A DNA stretch of 64,000 nucleotides from Thermoproteota archaeon (GCA_029258885.1 JAPDJW010000009.1:96001-160000), one strand, 5' to 3'. Shown: positions 9,933-20,256, counted from the stretch's first letter. The notes: generated from the letters alone by a model not told the origin. Numbers and translations: made by a program.

Positions 9933-10849
9933 AAAATAAATATTGTCGGATATCCCGCAATCCACAATGCTACCATAAGTATGCCAGTGATTATCCAGTT
10001 AATAGTAGAGGTGCAAAGCAGTAATACGTCTTTCTCTGAGGGCACTACTGAAACATATACAGCAAGCGTTAAACTTAGGAACGTAGAACACGTAACTAAA
10101 TGATAAAGCAACTTACCCATAAGCAGCGAAGCATACTCTATCGTTAGTGCTATGAAGGAGCTATCAGTAAAACCTAGCACAAATATTGTTGCCAAAACTA
10201 CTATCTCCCCTAACGTAGACCTGCGGATCTAAAGTTCCTAATAAATATCAGTGTAAGCGCTACAGTTAATCCTATTCATCCTTCTCGAGGGGAGGAAGCA
10301 TAGGCTTCAGCTTTCTAGTATATGGATATAAACCTGGAAATGTTCTAGGAAAGATAATAATTTATTCTATGGATATAGAAAAGAGGGAGCTATACATTAA
10401 TACCTGGACAGTGTATTTGAAGTATGTAAAGTCTTTAAAGAAGGTAATTATTAATGAAGTTGAGGCTAATCTCCCGGCTATGATCTCTATCCTTGGGTTA
10501 TTGAGTGGATTGAGTTATATAATCCAAGCAAATATCCCATAAATGTGTATGGATGGATCCTAAAGCTATGCATGGCAGACCTGTAAGCTTTAGAATAGAT
10601 TCTCTTAACCCCAACGTCTGGCTTCCTCAAGGTACGGTTATTCCGGCTAAAGGGTACATACTTGTGGGATATAGGCTTCAATGGCTGGACAATAGGATGG
10701 AGGTGGTACAGCTATACGATAGGTATGGGAATTTAATGGATTTCTCAGCCATGAAAAGCGATTGGAGCAACAATGATTATACTTGGCAACGGATACCTGA
10801 CGAAGGGAATTACTGGAAGTTTAAGTATAAAAACGCCAGCAACCCGTAA
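9933..10849 (+). pseudogene. Degraded gene for a secreted protein with a lamin-tail domain (LTD)
   Basis: Joining frames gives KVIINEVEAN/PGYDLYPWVIEWIELYNPSKYPINVYGWILK/AMHGRP...IPAKGYILV...VQLYDRYGNLMD...DYTWQRIPD, a classic LTD. Frameshifts lie near 10470 and 10563. Upstream fragments (9933-10440) are broken by further stops and shifts and are less certain. Confidence 0.75.
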
Positions 10850-12622
10850 CTACCCTATTACCTGTATGCTGTAGAGCTTTGCATAAACTCCTTTTCTCTC
10901 AATAAGGTCTCTATGAGTTCCCTCCTCAACTATCCTGCCATTCTTAATTACGACTATCCTATTAGCTATTTTTATCGTTGAAAACCTATGAGCTATAATT
11001 ATACACGTCCTGCCTTTGACTATCCTAGAAATAGCTGTCTGAATCTTAAGCTCTGTATATGGATCTACGCTACTAACTGCCTCATCCAAAACCAGTATTC
11101 TCGGGTTAGCCAACAATGCTCTAGCTAATGCTATGAGTTGACGCTGACCCATCGAGAGGTTCTTCCCCTCTTCAAGAATCTTCGTGTTGTATCCATTAGG
11201 CAACCTCTTTATGAAGTCATTGATGCCGAGCTCTCTAGCTATTCTAATTACATCCTCCTCACTTGCCTTCGGATTTGCTATCCTAATATTATCCATGACT
11301 GTTCCGGAAAAGAGTATAGGCTCCTGAAGAACAAGCCCTATATTCCTCCTAAGGGACTCAAGCTTAATTTTTCTAATATCTATTCCGTCAAGAAGTATTC
11401 TGCCGCTCCAGGGCTCATAGAATCTCATAAGAAGGTTAATTAGTGTTGTCTTTCCAGCTCCAGTAGGGCCTACGATAGCTATTATTTCCCCTGGCTTCAC
11501 TCTAATGTTCACATTTTTTAGAACTGGAGTATCCTTTTCATAGCCGAAGGTAACATTCTCAAACACTACCTCACCTTTAACGTTCTCTAGCTCAATTCCC
11601 TCATTGAATGTTTCCACTTCTTCGTGAAGAAACTCATAGATTCTCTCGCCTGCAGCTAAAGCTGACTGTATAGTGCCATAAAACGTAGCTAACGTCGATA
11701 AGGGTCTAAAGAAGCCACTTATATAATTGAGAAACGCTATCAGAGTACCGATAGTTGTTCTTCCCCAGTAAACTAATAGACCACCGTACCAAATTATTAT
11801 GGAGTAAGCTATGGCGCTTATAATACCTAGGGTTGGAGCTATGAAGAACGCCGACTTAGCAGCTTCAATGTATGCTTCAAATGTTTCCCTAGCTATCCTC
11901 TTAAACTCCTCAAGGTTAAACTGTTTTCTCTGGGGAAATGCTTGAATGACCTTTGCTCCCTCAATATCTTGCGTAATCTTTCCAGTAATTTCAGCTATCT
12001 TCCTCCTAGTTTTGGAGTATGCTTTCCTGGCTCTGCGTGCGAATACGTAGGTTGATATTAGGATAAGGGGTATTAAGCTAAGTAGTACAATAGTTAAATC
12101 TGGGCTTAAACTATACATTAAGAATATAGCTCCCCCAAGTGATATTAGGTCAATTACTAAATCTATTATACCTGAAGCTATGCTACTTCCTATGGTATTT
12201 ACGTCGTTAATAATCCTAGAAACTATGCTCCCTGTTTCCTCCTTAGAGAAATAATCGAGTTTTAGCCTATAGAGATGCACGAACATCCTATACCTTAAAT
12301 CATAAAGGAACTTATTAGCTACATAAGCTATAGCATATATTCTACTGAACCCTGCAATGCACATAACTGAAATAACTCCCATAAACAGCGTGAGGAAGAA
12401 CATTAAGCTATCAACATTTCCATTTACTATTGAGTCAATGATATACTTTGTTAAATACGGGTATAAGAGGCTGGTTAAGAGCCTAATGAGCGAGAGAATT
12501 AGTATAAGAATTAAATATGGAATATAGGGCTTAATTAGCTTAAAGAACCACATAAGTAATTCTTTATCGGATAGCTTTCTCTTTCGCTGTTCCTCCAGCC
12601 CCATGTGAGCCTTTGTTCTCAT
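10850..12622 (-). CDS. ABC exporter, fused permease/ATPase (heterodimer subunit)
   Basis: 6-TM domain plus NBD with GPTGAGKT, LSMGQRQ, ILVLDEAVSSVD and IAHR. Confidence 0.95.
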   Translation of the reverse strand: MRTKAHMGLEEQRKRKLSDKELLMWFFKLIKPYIPYLILILILSLIRLLTSLLYPYLTKYIIDSIVNGNVDSLMFFLTLFMGVISVMCIAGFSRIYAIAYVANKFLYDLRYRMFVHLYRLKLDYFSKEETGSIVSRIINDVNTIGSSIASGIIDLVIDLISLGGAIFLMYSLSPDLTIVLLSLIPLILISTYVFARRARKAYSKTRRKIAEITGKITQDIEGAKVIQAFPQRKQFNLEEFKRIARETFEAYIEAAKSAFFIAPTLGIISAIAYSIIIWYGGLLVYWGRTTIGTLIAFLNYISGFFRPLSTLATFYGTIQSALAAGERIYEFLHEEVETFNEGIELENVKGEVVFENVTFGYEKDTPVLKNVNIRVKPGEIIAIVGPTGAGKTTLINLLMRFYEPWSGRILLDGIDIRKIKLESLRRNIGLVLQEPILFSGTVMDNIRIANPKASEEDVIRIARELGINDFIKRLPNGYNTKILEEGKNLSMGQRQLIALARALLANPRILVLDEAVSSVDPYTELKIQTAISRIVKGRTCIIIAHRFSTIKIANRIVVIKNGRIVEEGTHRDLIERKGVYAKLYSIQVIG

Positions 12623-14364
12623 ATTTCCTCCCTAACTGCCTTAAATAGTTTGGGGAAAAGCTTACCTTTCTCTATGAGGTCGCTGAACGAGCCCTCCTCT
12701 ACTATCTCGCCATCCGAAATAACGATAATCCTATCGACCAGCTTAAGCGTAGGTATTCTCTGAGTTATAACAATGACCGTTTTACCCCTAAAATGTTTAG
12801 TTAAAGCATCGTAAATGGCTGCTTCAGTTTTGGCATCAACCTGCGATGTAGAGTCATCGAGGATTATTATTTTAGGATTAATCATTAATGCTCTAGCTAT
12901 GGAGAGCCTTTGTCTCTGACCGCCTGATAACGTTACACCTCGCTCGCCAACATTAGTATCGTAACCTTTTGGAAGCGAAGAAATAAAGTCGTGGATGTGG
13001 GCAAGCTTTGCTACACGAACAACATCCTCAATAGAGGTATCCGGTGCTCCAAAGGCGATGTTATTCCTAATGGTATCGGGGAACAAAAATACGTCCTGGT
13101 GAACCATCCCTATCTGGCGTCTCAAGCTCTCCAGCTTAAACCTCTTAACATCCACTCCATCTATAAGTATCCTACCCTTCTGAGGATCATATAACCTCAT
13201 TATAAGCTGAGCAATCGTAGACTTACCGCTGCCCGTAGGTCCAGTTAAGGCAACAATTTCTCCAGGCTTTATCTCTAGATTTAACCCCTTCAAAACATAG
13301 TTTTTCCCATCATATGAGAACCATACGTTCTCAAATCTTATACTCCCCCTCTTAATCTCTATATCCTCCGCATCAGGGAGATCTCGGACTTCAGGCTCAG
13401 CCTCAAGAATATCGAATATCCTCTTAGTAGCCACTAGCGCCCGCTGATACCTAACTATGTTATAGCCGATCAACATAATCGGTCTATTCAAAAACAAAAT
13501 ATAAAGCGTAAATGCCACAACATCCCCTATAGTTATATCGCCAGAGATCGCTCTTAATCCGCCATACCAATATATAATGGCGATGGTTAAATACACAAAC
13601 CAGCCCATAGATGGCCATATAATAGCTCTAAGCTTACTTGTCTTCATATCCATGTTAAAATACTCCAGTAGCTTGCTCCTAAAATTGGAGGCAAAGTAGT
13701 CGCCTAAAACGTAGGATTTAATAACCTTAATGCCGGTTGCAGCCTCCTTAACTGCAGTAGTCATTTCTGAGTAGATATTTCTGCTCATAGCAACGTAGGC
13801 TCTATATTTAGGTATGGAATATCTTACAAATAGTACCATTAAAGGAAACATCGACAAAGTTACTAGCGTTAACTCAACATCTATAATGAGCATCATAGCG
13901 ATGGAAAATACGAACATAACTATGATATTAAGGATAGAGGGAATGCCAAAGCCTATAAACCTCCTAATATCCTCAACATCCGATGTAGCTCTAGCGATTA
14001 TCTGACCAGACTCAATTCTATCGAAAAAACCCAGCGAAAGCTCGTTTAAGTGTGCATATATTCTATTCCTCAATTCATAGACTATGCTCTGGCCAGTATA
14101 TTCACTGAAAACATTCTTACCATACGAAGCCAAACCCTGTATTATAGTAAGAACAACGACAAGAACAGCATAAAACCATATATCTTCGATTTTGCCAGCA
14201 TATAGCAGGTTTACCGCTTCTCGAGTCAGATACGGAAATATTGTGGATATGTATGAAACAATAGATGTAAGGATGAGTGTAACTGTTAGGAGCTTCCACC
14301 TAGATAAAACTAGCTTTAAAAGCTTTCTCCCGACATCTTTCGGGATATTATTTTGGGGGAGCAA
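12619..14364 (-). CDS. ABC exporter, fused permease/ATPase (heterodimer subunit with degenerate catalytic residues)
   Basis: GPTGSGKS and LSGGQRQ; Walker B is IIILDD (E->D) and H-loop is ITQR (H->Q), as in TM287/288-type heterodimers. Overlaps the partner gene by 4 bp. Confidence 0.95.
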   Translation of the reverse strand: MLPQNNIPKDVGRKLLKLVLSRWKLLTVTLILTSIVSYISTIFPYLTREAVNLLYAGKIEDIWFYAVLVVVLTIIQGLASYGKNVFSEYTGQSIVYELRNRIYAHLNELSLGFFDRIESGQIIARATSDVEDIRRFIGFGIPSILNIIVMFVFSIAMMLIIDVELTLVTLSMFPLMVLFVRYSIPKYRAYVAMSRNIYSEMTTAVKEAATGIKVIKSYVLGDYFASNFRSKLLEYFNMDMKTSKLRAIIWPSMGWFVYLTIAIIYWYGGLRAISGDITIGDVVAFTLYILFLNRPIMLIGYNIVRYQRALVATKRIFDILEAEPEVRDLPDAEDIEIKRGSIRFENVWFSYDGKNYVLKGLNLEIKPGEIVALTGPTGSGKSTIAQLIMRLYDPQKGRILIDGVDVKRFKLESLRRQIGMVHQDVFLFPDTIRNNIAFGAPDTSIEDVVRVAKLAHIHDFISSLPKGYDTNVGERGVTLSGGQRQRLSIARALMINPKIIILDDSTSQVDAKTEAAIYDALTKHFRGKTVIVITQRIPTLKLVDRIIVISDGEIVEEGSFSDLIEKGKLFPKLFKAVREEI

Positions 14365-14459
14365 CTAAAACCCCAAAATAATATGATACATATGCATCAT
14401 TTCAATAGTACACCTAAAACATTATAAACTTTTGCCCTTTATACAAAATAAAATTTTAT

Positions 14460-15149
14460 TTATTTCCCATATAAAGCTAGAATTATTAACGGCAAAGCTA
14501 TGGGGACGGTAATGTTATCAGTGCCTTTAGGGGAAATCGCTTCGATTATCATTCCGATAAGTGATGATATAATTGAAATAAGTAAAATCTCGCTGAAACC
14601 TCCTTCAAACATTCCAATATTGCTGTAGATTGCAAGCGAAATGAACGTAGCTAAAAATCCAAACACTAGAAACGCCAGCGACCCCTCAATGCTCTTCGTA
14701 GATCCTATAATCGTGTACTTATGCTTACCATACTTCCTGCCGAAGAGATCAGCGACGCCGTCTGCCCAAGCCATAACTATAGCTCCAACAGCACCAATCC
14801 AGGGCTTACCTAGATACCAGAATAATCCCGCTATAAGAGCCATTGAAAAGGCATAGTACACCGTTCCCAATCCGCCAGCTTTCTCCTTCCGCTCCATAGC
14901 CTTAATTAGCTCCTTCTTATACGAGATATAGTTTATGACGACGAAAGTCAATGGAGGTATCATTAGCGCGTACCAGTGGTCGTAAAGAGGCCACAGGAAT
15001 ATCCAGTGGCCAGTATTTATGTGAATCACCTTTCTGGTGAAGAACGGCTTTAAGCCAAGCTTCGATCGAAGAAGCTCCGCAACGACTAGGGTAGAGATTA
15101 CGAATAGGTATGTAGCACCCATTCCTATGAGGTCGTTGTAGGTAAACAT
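14460..15149 (-). CDS. CTP-dependent polyprenol/diacylglycerol kinase (phytol/dolichol kinase family)
   Basis: FTRKVIHI, AWADGVADLFGRKYG, KSIEGSLAF and GTDNITVP motifs in a polytopic membrane protein. Confidence 0.85.
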   Translation of the reverse strand: MFTYNDLIGMGATYLFVISTLVVAELLRSKLGLKPFFTRKVIHINTGHWIFLWPLYDHWYALMIPPLTFVVINYISYKKELIKAMERKEKAGGLGTVYYAFSMALIAGLFWYLGKPWIGAVGAIVMAWADGVADLFGRKYGKHKYTIIGSTKSIEGSLAFLVFGFLATFISLAIYSNIGMFEGGFSEILLISIISSLIGMIIEAISPKGTDNITVPIALPLIILALYGK

Positions 15150-15250
15150 GGTAAATCCATAGGATTTTAGACTAAAAAGCTTTAACGGGCAATAGTGAGG
15201 GGATTATTGAAGCGTAAGAATAATTTAAGAGTTTTAAATAAAATATTTCG

Positions 15251-15300
15251 GTGATGATCCTCGATTCCACCGAACGATGAGGACTAGGGTAGGTTGCTGA
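15251..15300 (+). ncRNA. C/D box methylation guide sRNA (both guides complementary to 16S rRNA-like sequence)
   Basis: Box C GTGATGA 15251, D' CCGA 15270, C' CGATGAG 15275, D CTGA 15297, with an AT-rich promoter upstream. The D guide is complementary to CAACCTACCCTAG and the D' guide pairs (with G-U) to UGGGAUCGAGGG; both are recalled archaeal 16S segments, not searched. Confidence 0.85.
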
Positions 15301-15346
15301 CTTATTTCACAATACTATTATATATTTATAATGATTATATTCTAGG

Positions 15347-16177
15347 ATGCCCATGTACACCATAAAGGTTCTAGTAGAGGACTACTGTCCAATACCAGGA
15401 TTGCTTGGCGAGCATGGTTTATCCATACTCCTCGAGCAGGGAGATACAAGAATTCTATTTGACGTCGGCCAGAGCTATAGAGTTCTTAAAAATAACTCGG
15501 AGAAAATGAAGGTTAATCTTCACGATGTAAGCCTAATAGTACTCTCCCACTGCCACTACGACCATACAGGTGGTTTGCTCGGCTTAATTAAGGATATAGG
15601 TGGCAGAACTATAGTAGCTCATCCATCAGTATTTAGAGAGAGCTTCGCTATAGATGGAACTTTGAGATACGTTGGCATACCGTTTAAAAGGAGGATCCTA
15701 GAGGATGCTGGGGCGAACCTGCTCCTATGTAAAAACTATGTTAAAATTGCTGAGAACCTATATGTGAGTGGCGAAGTGAAACGCTACTATCCCGATTACG
15801 AGAGAATCGAAAAAATGTATACGGTAGATAACGGCATGCTTACACGGGATCATATGTACGACGATATTTCGCTTATAATAAGGGATGGCGATGAGATATC
15901 AATAATCACTGGTTGCTCACACTCGGGGATAGTAAATATCGTTAAACACTGCCTAGAGGTAACGCAAACTAAGAGTGTCAAGGCTGTAATAGGTGGACTA
16001 CACCTATTAGGTTTAGATAGGATGCAGGTAAAGGAAATAGCTAATAAACTCCTGGAATTAGGCGTGGAGAAAATATACACTGGACACTGCACCGGCTTTG
16101 AAGCGTTATGTGTTCTTAGCGAAACTTTTAAAGAAAACTTTAAGAGGATATATTGTGGAGCAGTAATAAAGCTATAA
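15347..16177 (+). CDS. MBL-fold metallo-hydrolase (MJ0448-like / methanopterin-precursor synthase-like family)
   Basis: GEHGLS, LFDVG, LSHCHYDHTGG, ITGCSHSG, IGGLHL and GHCTG motifs. Confidence 0.85.
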   Translation: MPMYTIKVLVEDYCPIPGLLGEHGLSILLEQGDTRILFDVGQSYRVLKNNSEKMKVNLHDVSLIVLSHCHYDHTGGLLGLIKDIGGRTIVAHPSVFRESFAIDGTLRYVGIPFKRRILEDAGANLLLCKNYVKIAENLYVSGEVKRYYPDYERIEKMYTVDNGMLTRDHMYDDISLIIRDGDEISIITGCSHSGIVNIVKHCLEVTQTKSVKAVIGGLHLLGLDRMQVKEIANKLLELGVEKIYTGHCTGFEALCVLSETFKENFKRIYCGAVIKL

Positions 16178-16202
16178 ATTATCCCTAAAATAGTTCCTAG
16201 GA

Positions 16203-16251
16203 GTGATGAGCAACCCCGAGTGCGAATGGTGAGCGGTGCCGAGTTTGCTGA
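16203..16251 (+). ncRNA. C/D box sRNA candidate (targets not recognised)
   Basis: Box C GTGATGA 16203, D' GCGA 16222, C' ATGGTGA 16226, D CTGA 16248, with 12-15 nt GC-rich guides; intergenic. Confidence 0.72.
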
Positions 16252-16284
16252 ACGAACCAAAAGCTTTTAAATTTATCGGATAGT

Positions 16285-16911
16285 ATGTGGAATATGCTTC
16301 ACCTAATAGTTGAAATAGTACTCATTACATCGTCTGGCGCTCTATCTCCAGGGCCTCTAACGTTTTCTGCAATAATATTAGGGATGAGGAGAGGCTGGAA
16401 GGCCGGATTTATGGAGGCTATTGGACATACATTATTTGAGTTCCCGCTCGTAATAGTGATAGCTCTAGGTTTATCCGAGGTCCTGAAAAACAGGGAAGCA
16501 TTAAGGATCGTTGGAGCAGTGGGTGGCTTCGCATTGATTGTTTTTGCACTGCTAATGGCTCTCGACTTAATGAACGTCCTAAAGGGAGAGGATAAGAAGA
16601 TAGTAGAGGTGAAGAGCGGGCCAGTTCTAACGGGGCTATTATTTACGGCGTTAAATCCATACTTCCTTGTTTGGTGGGCGTCTGCGGGATTAAAGCTTAT
16701 AGCAGATATAATGCTATACGGTGGATTAATTCTAGTCATAGCTTTATATCCAGTACACGTCTGGATGGATTACGCCTGGCTTTCAGCAGTAGCCTACTTA
16801 TCAAGCAGGGGCAGGAGCCTCGGAAGAAACATTCAGGCATTAATAATGCTCATATTCATAATTATCCTATTATATTATGGCGTGAAGTTTCTATTCAATT
16901 CTCTCATATAG
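16285..16911 (+). CDS. LysE family translocator
   Basis: SGALSPGPL, GHTLFEFP and TALNPYFLVWW motifs with about 6 TM segments. Confidence 0.9.
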   Translation: MWNMLHLIVEIVLITSSGALSPGPLTFSAIILGMRRGWKAGFMEAIGHTLFEFPLVIVIALGLSEVLKNREALRIVGAVGGFALIVFALLMALDLMNVLKGEDKKIVEVKSGPVLTGLLFTALNPYFLVWWASAGLKLIADIMLYGGLILVIALYPVHVWMDYAWLSAVAYLSSRGRSLGRNIQALIMLIFIIILLYYGVKFLFNSLI

Positions 16912-16993
16912 AGTCGGTTGTGGAAAGAATCCGATGTTCATGTACGTATCTGGTAAGCTTAAATAATGTTCGGCATGTAAAGTTAAAGGGTGA

Positions 16994-17983
16994 GTGGAAA
17001 TGTACATCATCGGCGTGGATATTGGTGCAACCTACACTAGGGTTGCGTTGGCAGATAATGAGGGTAAGATTCTGGATAAGGTTGTTAGGCATACTGTTAG
17101 GGAAGGCGAAGGTATACTCTTAACAAGGCAGATAATTGATATGATTAGAGAGGTGTCAAGCAGAAATCATGTCGATTTCAAGATGGTTAAGGGTATAGGT
17201 ATAGGAACTATTGGACCGCTGGATCTAAAGAAGGGAGTTATTACCAAGCCAGCTAACCTGCCTTTAGGGGAAGTTCCGCTGAGGAATCCTCTCAGGGAGG
17301 AGTTCAAGGTTGACGTCTACATACTGAATGATGCGGTTGCAGGAGCTGTTGCAGAAAAGTTCTTCGGTAAGGGCAGGGAGTACAAGAACGTAGTTTATGT
17401 AACCATAAGCACGGGGATAGGGTGCGGTGTATTTGTAGACGGAAACCTTCTTCTGGGGAAGGATGGAAACGCTCATGAGATGGGACATATAGTTGTGGAT
17501 TTAGAGGGCAGGCTTAAATGCGGCTGCGGACAGTACGGCCACTGGGAGGCCTATGCTTCTGGAAGCGGTATTCCGAAGTTCGCTAGGCTATTAATCAGCG
17601 AGATGCCGGAGGATATGGTTAGGAAGAGCCTACTTTATCGGATGGTTAAAGGCGACTTCAGTAAGTTGAATGCCAAGCATGTATACGATGCTGCAAGGGA
17701 GGGTGATAAAGTAGCCTTAAAGATAGTTGATGAAGTGGGGAGAATAAATGCTATAGGAATAGCTAACGTAATTACTGCCTATGATCCATCTATCATAACT
17801 ATCGGGGGATCGGTGGCTTTAAACAACGTTGACTTAGTCCTAAATCCGATAAGGAAGCACGTAGGAAAATACACAGTAAACAGGGTGCCCAGGATAGAGA
17901 TCACCGAGCTGGGGGGAGACATAGTACTGATTGGAGCCGTAGCAACCGTAGTAAATGAATTAAATACTATACCCGAAGACTAG
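16994..17983 (+). CDS. ROK family sugar kinase (glucokinase-like)
   Basis: IGVDIGAT, LNDAVAGAVAE, TISTGIGCG and the HEMGH...CGCGQYGHWEAYASG Zn motif. Confidence 0.92.
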   Translation: MEMYIIGVDIGATYTRVALADNEGKILDKVVRHTVREGEGILLTRQIIDMIREVSSRNHVDFKMVKGIGIGTIGPLDLKKGVITKPANLPLGEVPLRNPLREEFKVDVYILNDAVAGAVAEKFFGKGREYKNVVYVTISTGIGCGVFVDGNLLLGKDGNAHEMGHIVVDLEGRLKCGCGQYGHWEAYASGSGIPKFARLLISEMPEDMVRKSLLYRMVKGDFSKLNAKHVYDAAREGDKVALKIVDEVGRINAIGIANVITAYDPSIITIGGSVALNNVDLVLNPIRKHVGKYTVNRVPRIEITELGGDIVLIGAVATVVNELNTIPED

Positions 17984-17997
17984 TAAATCTCCATATT

Positions 17998-19140
17998 TTA
18001 TATGACTCCTCTTAATAGCAGTATTATTACGAAAAGTTGAACTATTACAAGCATTGATCCTTCAATTAAGTCTAGCTTTCCGTCATCGACTATGCTTCTC
18101 TTAAGCGACCACATACAGAGGGCGGTTACTACTAGCTGAAAAAGGACATATTCATCGAGTGGTATGGGCATAACTGTGCCAATTAAACCTAGAACCAGGA
18201 GTACGATCTGGGATACGCTACCTATGAGATTACCTAAAGACACGTTTATCATTCCTCTGCCTGCAAGCATTATTGCTATGCCGTGCTCAGGAATTGCCGC
18301 TAAAGCCCCCATCAGTAATCCGCTTAAGATCACGGGGTTGCCGAGATGTTCAATTACGCTTTCACCTATAATGAGCTCTACACTCCTAACCAGTAGTTCG
18401 CTTCCCACGAATATGCCTATGATCCCTGCAATAAACATAGCTAGGTACCTAAGTTTTTCCTTCTCCCGATGTTCGTGGCTCTCCTCTCTACCGCCTTTGC
18501 CCATGAAAATAAGGTATACCATATATGATACGACAAGGAGAGCAGATGCTTCTCTCGGAATATAGAATAAGTCTATATTACTGGCCTTCTTAATCGAAAA
18601 CAAGACGTCGACGGTGCCTAAAGCAAATATCGAGAGCAATACGACGACGGTAAATCTAATTGCTTCAACCTCATGGTGAAGAGCCTCTCTAGGAACCTTT
18701 ATGAATCCCCTTATCCTCCTGCAACCGATTATAATGACTGCTCCTAGGAGCATTAGGTTAAAGCTTATGGATGAAAGCACTGTAAGTACTGCTACGTCGA
18801 TCATTTCAATGCTGCCTAGTGCATATCCTCTCCAGATAGTAAGGCTCAGCATAATGAGCTCGGGGAGATTTGATGCAAGACTAATTAGGACGCCTGCAAA
18901 GTAGTGGGAGAGCTTTAATGCTCGGGCTAAGCCGCTTATACCCTCGACGGTCCACTCGGAAGGTCTAAACACAAGCCATCCACCTATAGCTAAGCCTAAG
19001 ATTACTATCAGCGGAATACAGTTTATTATGTGAAAGTAAAGGTATGCTGCCGCAAACACTAAAATGGTTATGTATTCTAGAAAGCTTTTAATTCTTCCTC
19101 CTTGCATATGACTAAATGAATCAATGAAATATATAAGCAA
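17998..19140 (-). CDS. Sodium/calcium exchanger (CaCA family)
   Basis: Two alpha-repeats, ISLASNLPEL and LAAIPEHG...SLGNLIGS. True start may be slightly downstream. Confidence 0.85.
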   Translation of the reverse strand: MLIYFIDSFSHMQGGRIKSFLEYITILVFAAAYLYFHIINCIPLIVILGLAIGGWLVFRPSEWTVEGISGLARALKLSHYFAGVLISLASNLPELIMLSLTIWRGYALGSIEMIDVAVLTVLSSISFNLMLLGAVIIIGCRRIRGFIKVPREALHHEVEAIRFTVVVLLSIFALGTVDVLFSIKKASNIDLFYIPREASALLVVSYMVYLIFMGKGGREESHEHREKEKLRYLAMFIAGIIGIFVGSELLVRSVELIIGESVIEHLGNPVILSGLLMGALAAIPEHGIAIMLAGRGMINVSLGNLIGSVSQIVLLVLGLIGTVMPIPLDEYVLFQLVVTALCMWSLKRSIVDDGKLDLIEGSMLVIVQLFVIILLLRGVI

Positions 19141-19264
19141 TGCTATTTCCTAGATTCACTGTAATTCAGCATAGGCTTGTCCTCTCTATTAACAAAGAAT
19201 TTTCGAGTCACAACTATAATATTGTAAACTCGAATTTAAACCACCGAAACTCCTTTATAAGCTC

Positions 19265-20197
19265 TCATTTCCCGCTTAAGGAATACTCCTCCCAGTAAAA
19301 CGCTAGATAATACATTATTAAGCCAGCTACATCTCTATATTTAGATACGAAGTCTCTAACTTCCCCCTCCTCTACCCTCTTACCCAAAGCTCTAGATAAT
19401 CCCTTAACAACAGCTAGATCCCCTGCAGGCCCCACGGATAAATCTCCAGTAGCCATCACATAGGCCAGTTCAGCAGTCCACACGCCAACGCCCCTAATGT
19501 TATCGAGAACCTCAATTGCCTCTTCCGGCTTCAAATACTTAATTCCCTCAAGGTTAAAGCCTGAACAAACCATTTTGGCCAGTGAAATTACGTATTCGCA
19601 CTTCCTTCTGCTCAGCCCGCACTTTCTCAATTCATTAACGCTTACTTCAGCCAGCTTTTCAGGAGTAGGAAAATCATAGAACATTCTCCCGCCATATATC
19701 TCCCTATAGCCGTATTTCTCAACTAAGTTAGCGGTCATGGTTAACGCTAGCCGCAGGTTTATCTGCTGGTTAATAATCGACTTAACCAGAGCTTCAAAAA
19801 GCGTAGGAGATTTAGGAGGCCTTAAACCAAGATACTTGTTCACCAGCATATCCAAAAAATCATCGTTAAACCTTATGTTGCTCAAATCCAGATCAATGTT
19901 AAAAATGTGTCTGACTACTTCAACTGTTTTCTCTTTATTTTCCCATACTTTTACTTTGAGCATGGGCTCCATACCTTCACTGACTATTTCAACCTCAATA
20001 GGCACTACTTCTCCTCCAACCCTAACGAGACGCCTATAAGTATTTTTCTCGTAAAAGTATGGAACAGGCCTACCCTTAAGGGAAAAACGCCTAAAATGCA
20101 GACTTATGGAATACGGAGGCTTAGGTCTTATAATTACTTCAACTGGATCTACATTGCTAGCCATAAATCTAAAGTTATCGTAACCGTATATTAGCAT
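19265..20197 (-). CDS. alkA: DNA-3-methyladenine glycosylase II (AlkA/HhH-GPD family)
   Basis: FEALVKSIINQQI, FPTPEKLA, CGLSRRKCEY and the HhH LDNIRGVGVWTAEL...GDLAV. Confidence 0.9.
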   Translation of the reverse strand: MLIYGYDNFRFMASNVDPVEVIIRPKPPYSISLHFRRFSLKGRPVPYFYEKNTYRRLVRVGGEVVPIEVEIVSEGMEPMLKVKVWENKEKTVEVVRHIFNIDLDLSNIRFNDDFLDMLVNKYLGLRPPKSPTLFEALVKSIINQQINLRLALTMTANLVEKYGYREIYGGRMFYDFPTPEKLAEVSVNELRKCGLSRRKCEYVISLAKMVCSGFNLEGIKYLKPEEAIEVLDNIRGVGVWTAELAYVMATGDLSVGPAGDLAVVKGLSRALGKRVEEGEVRDFVSKYRDVAGLIMYYLAFYWEEYSLSGK

Positions 20198-20206
20198 ACC
20201 TTCGAC

Positions 20207-20222
20207 TTAACGGTACCGTTAA
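20207..20222. promoter_or_regulatory. Perfect 16-bp palindrome TTAACGGTACCGTTAA upstream of alkA (candidate operator)
   Basis: Exact inverted repeat starting 10 bp upstream of the annotated alkA start. Confidence 0.5.
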
Positions 20223-20256
20223 CTGAAATAGGTTTTAACCCTTGTTCAGGCGGAAT

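Noticed and set aside
9929-10195. 88-aa hydrophobic minus-strand ORF
   Set aside because: It overlaps the decayed plus-strand secreted-protein fragments and has no recognisable motif or SD; more likely a shadow of the pseudogene.
19202-19234. Inverted repeat TTCGAGT-N19-ACTCGAA between alkA and the Na/Ca exchanger
   Set aside because: Short arms and a long AT-rich spacer; it cannot be told apart from chance or a weak terminator.
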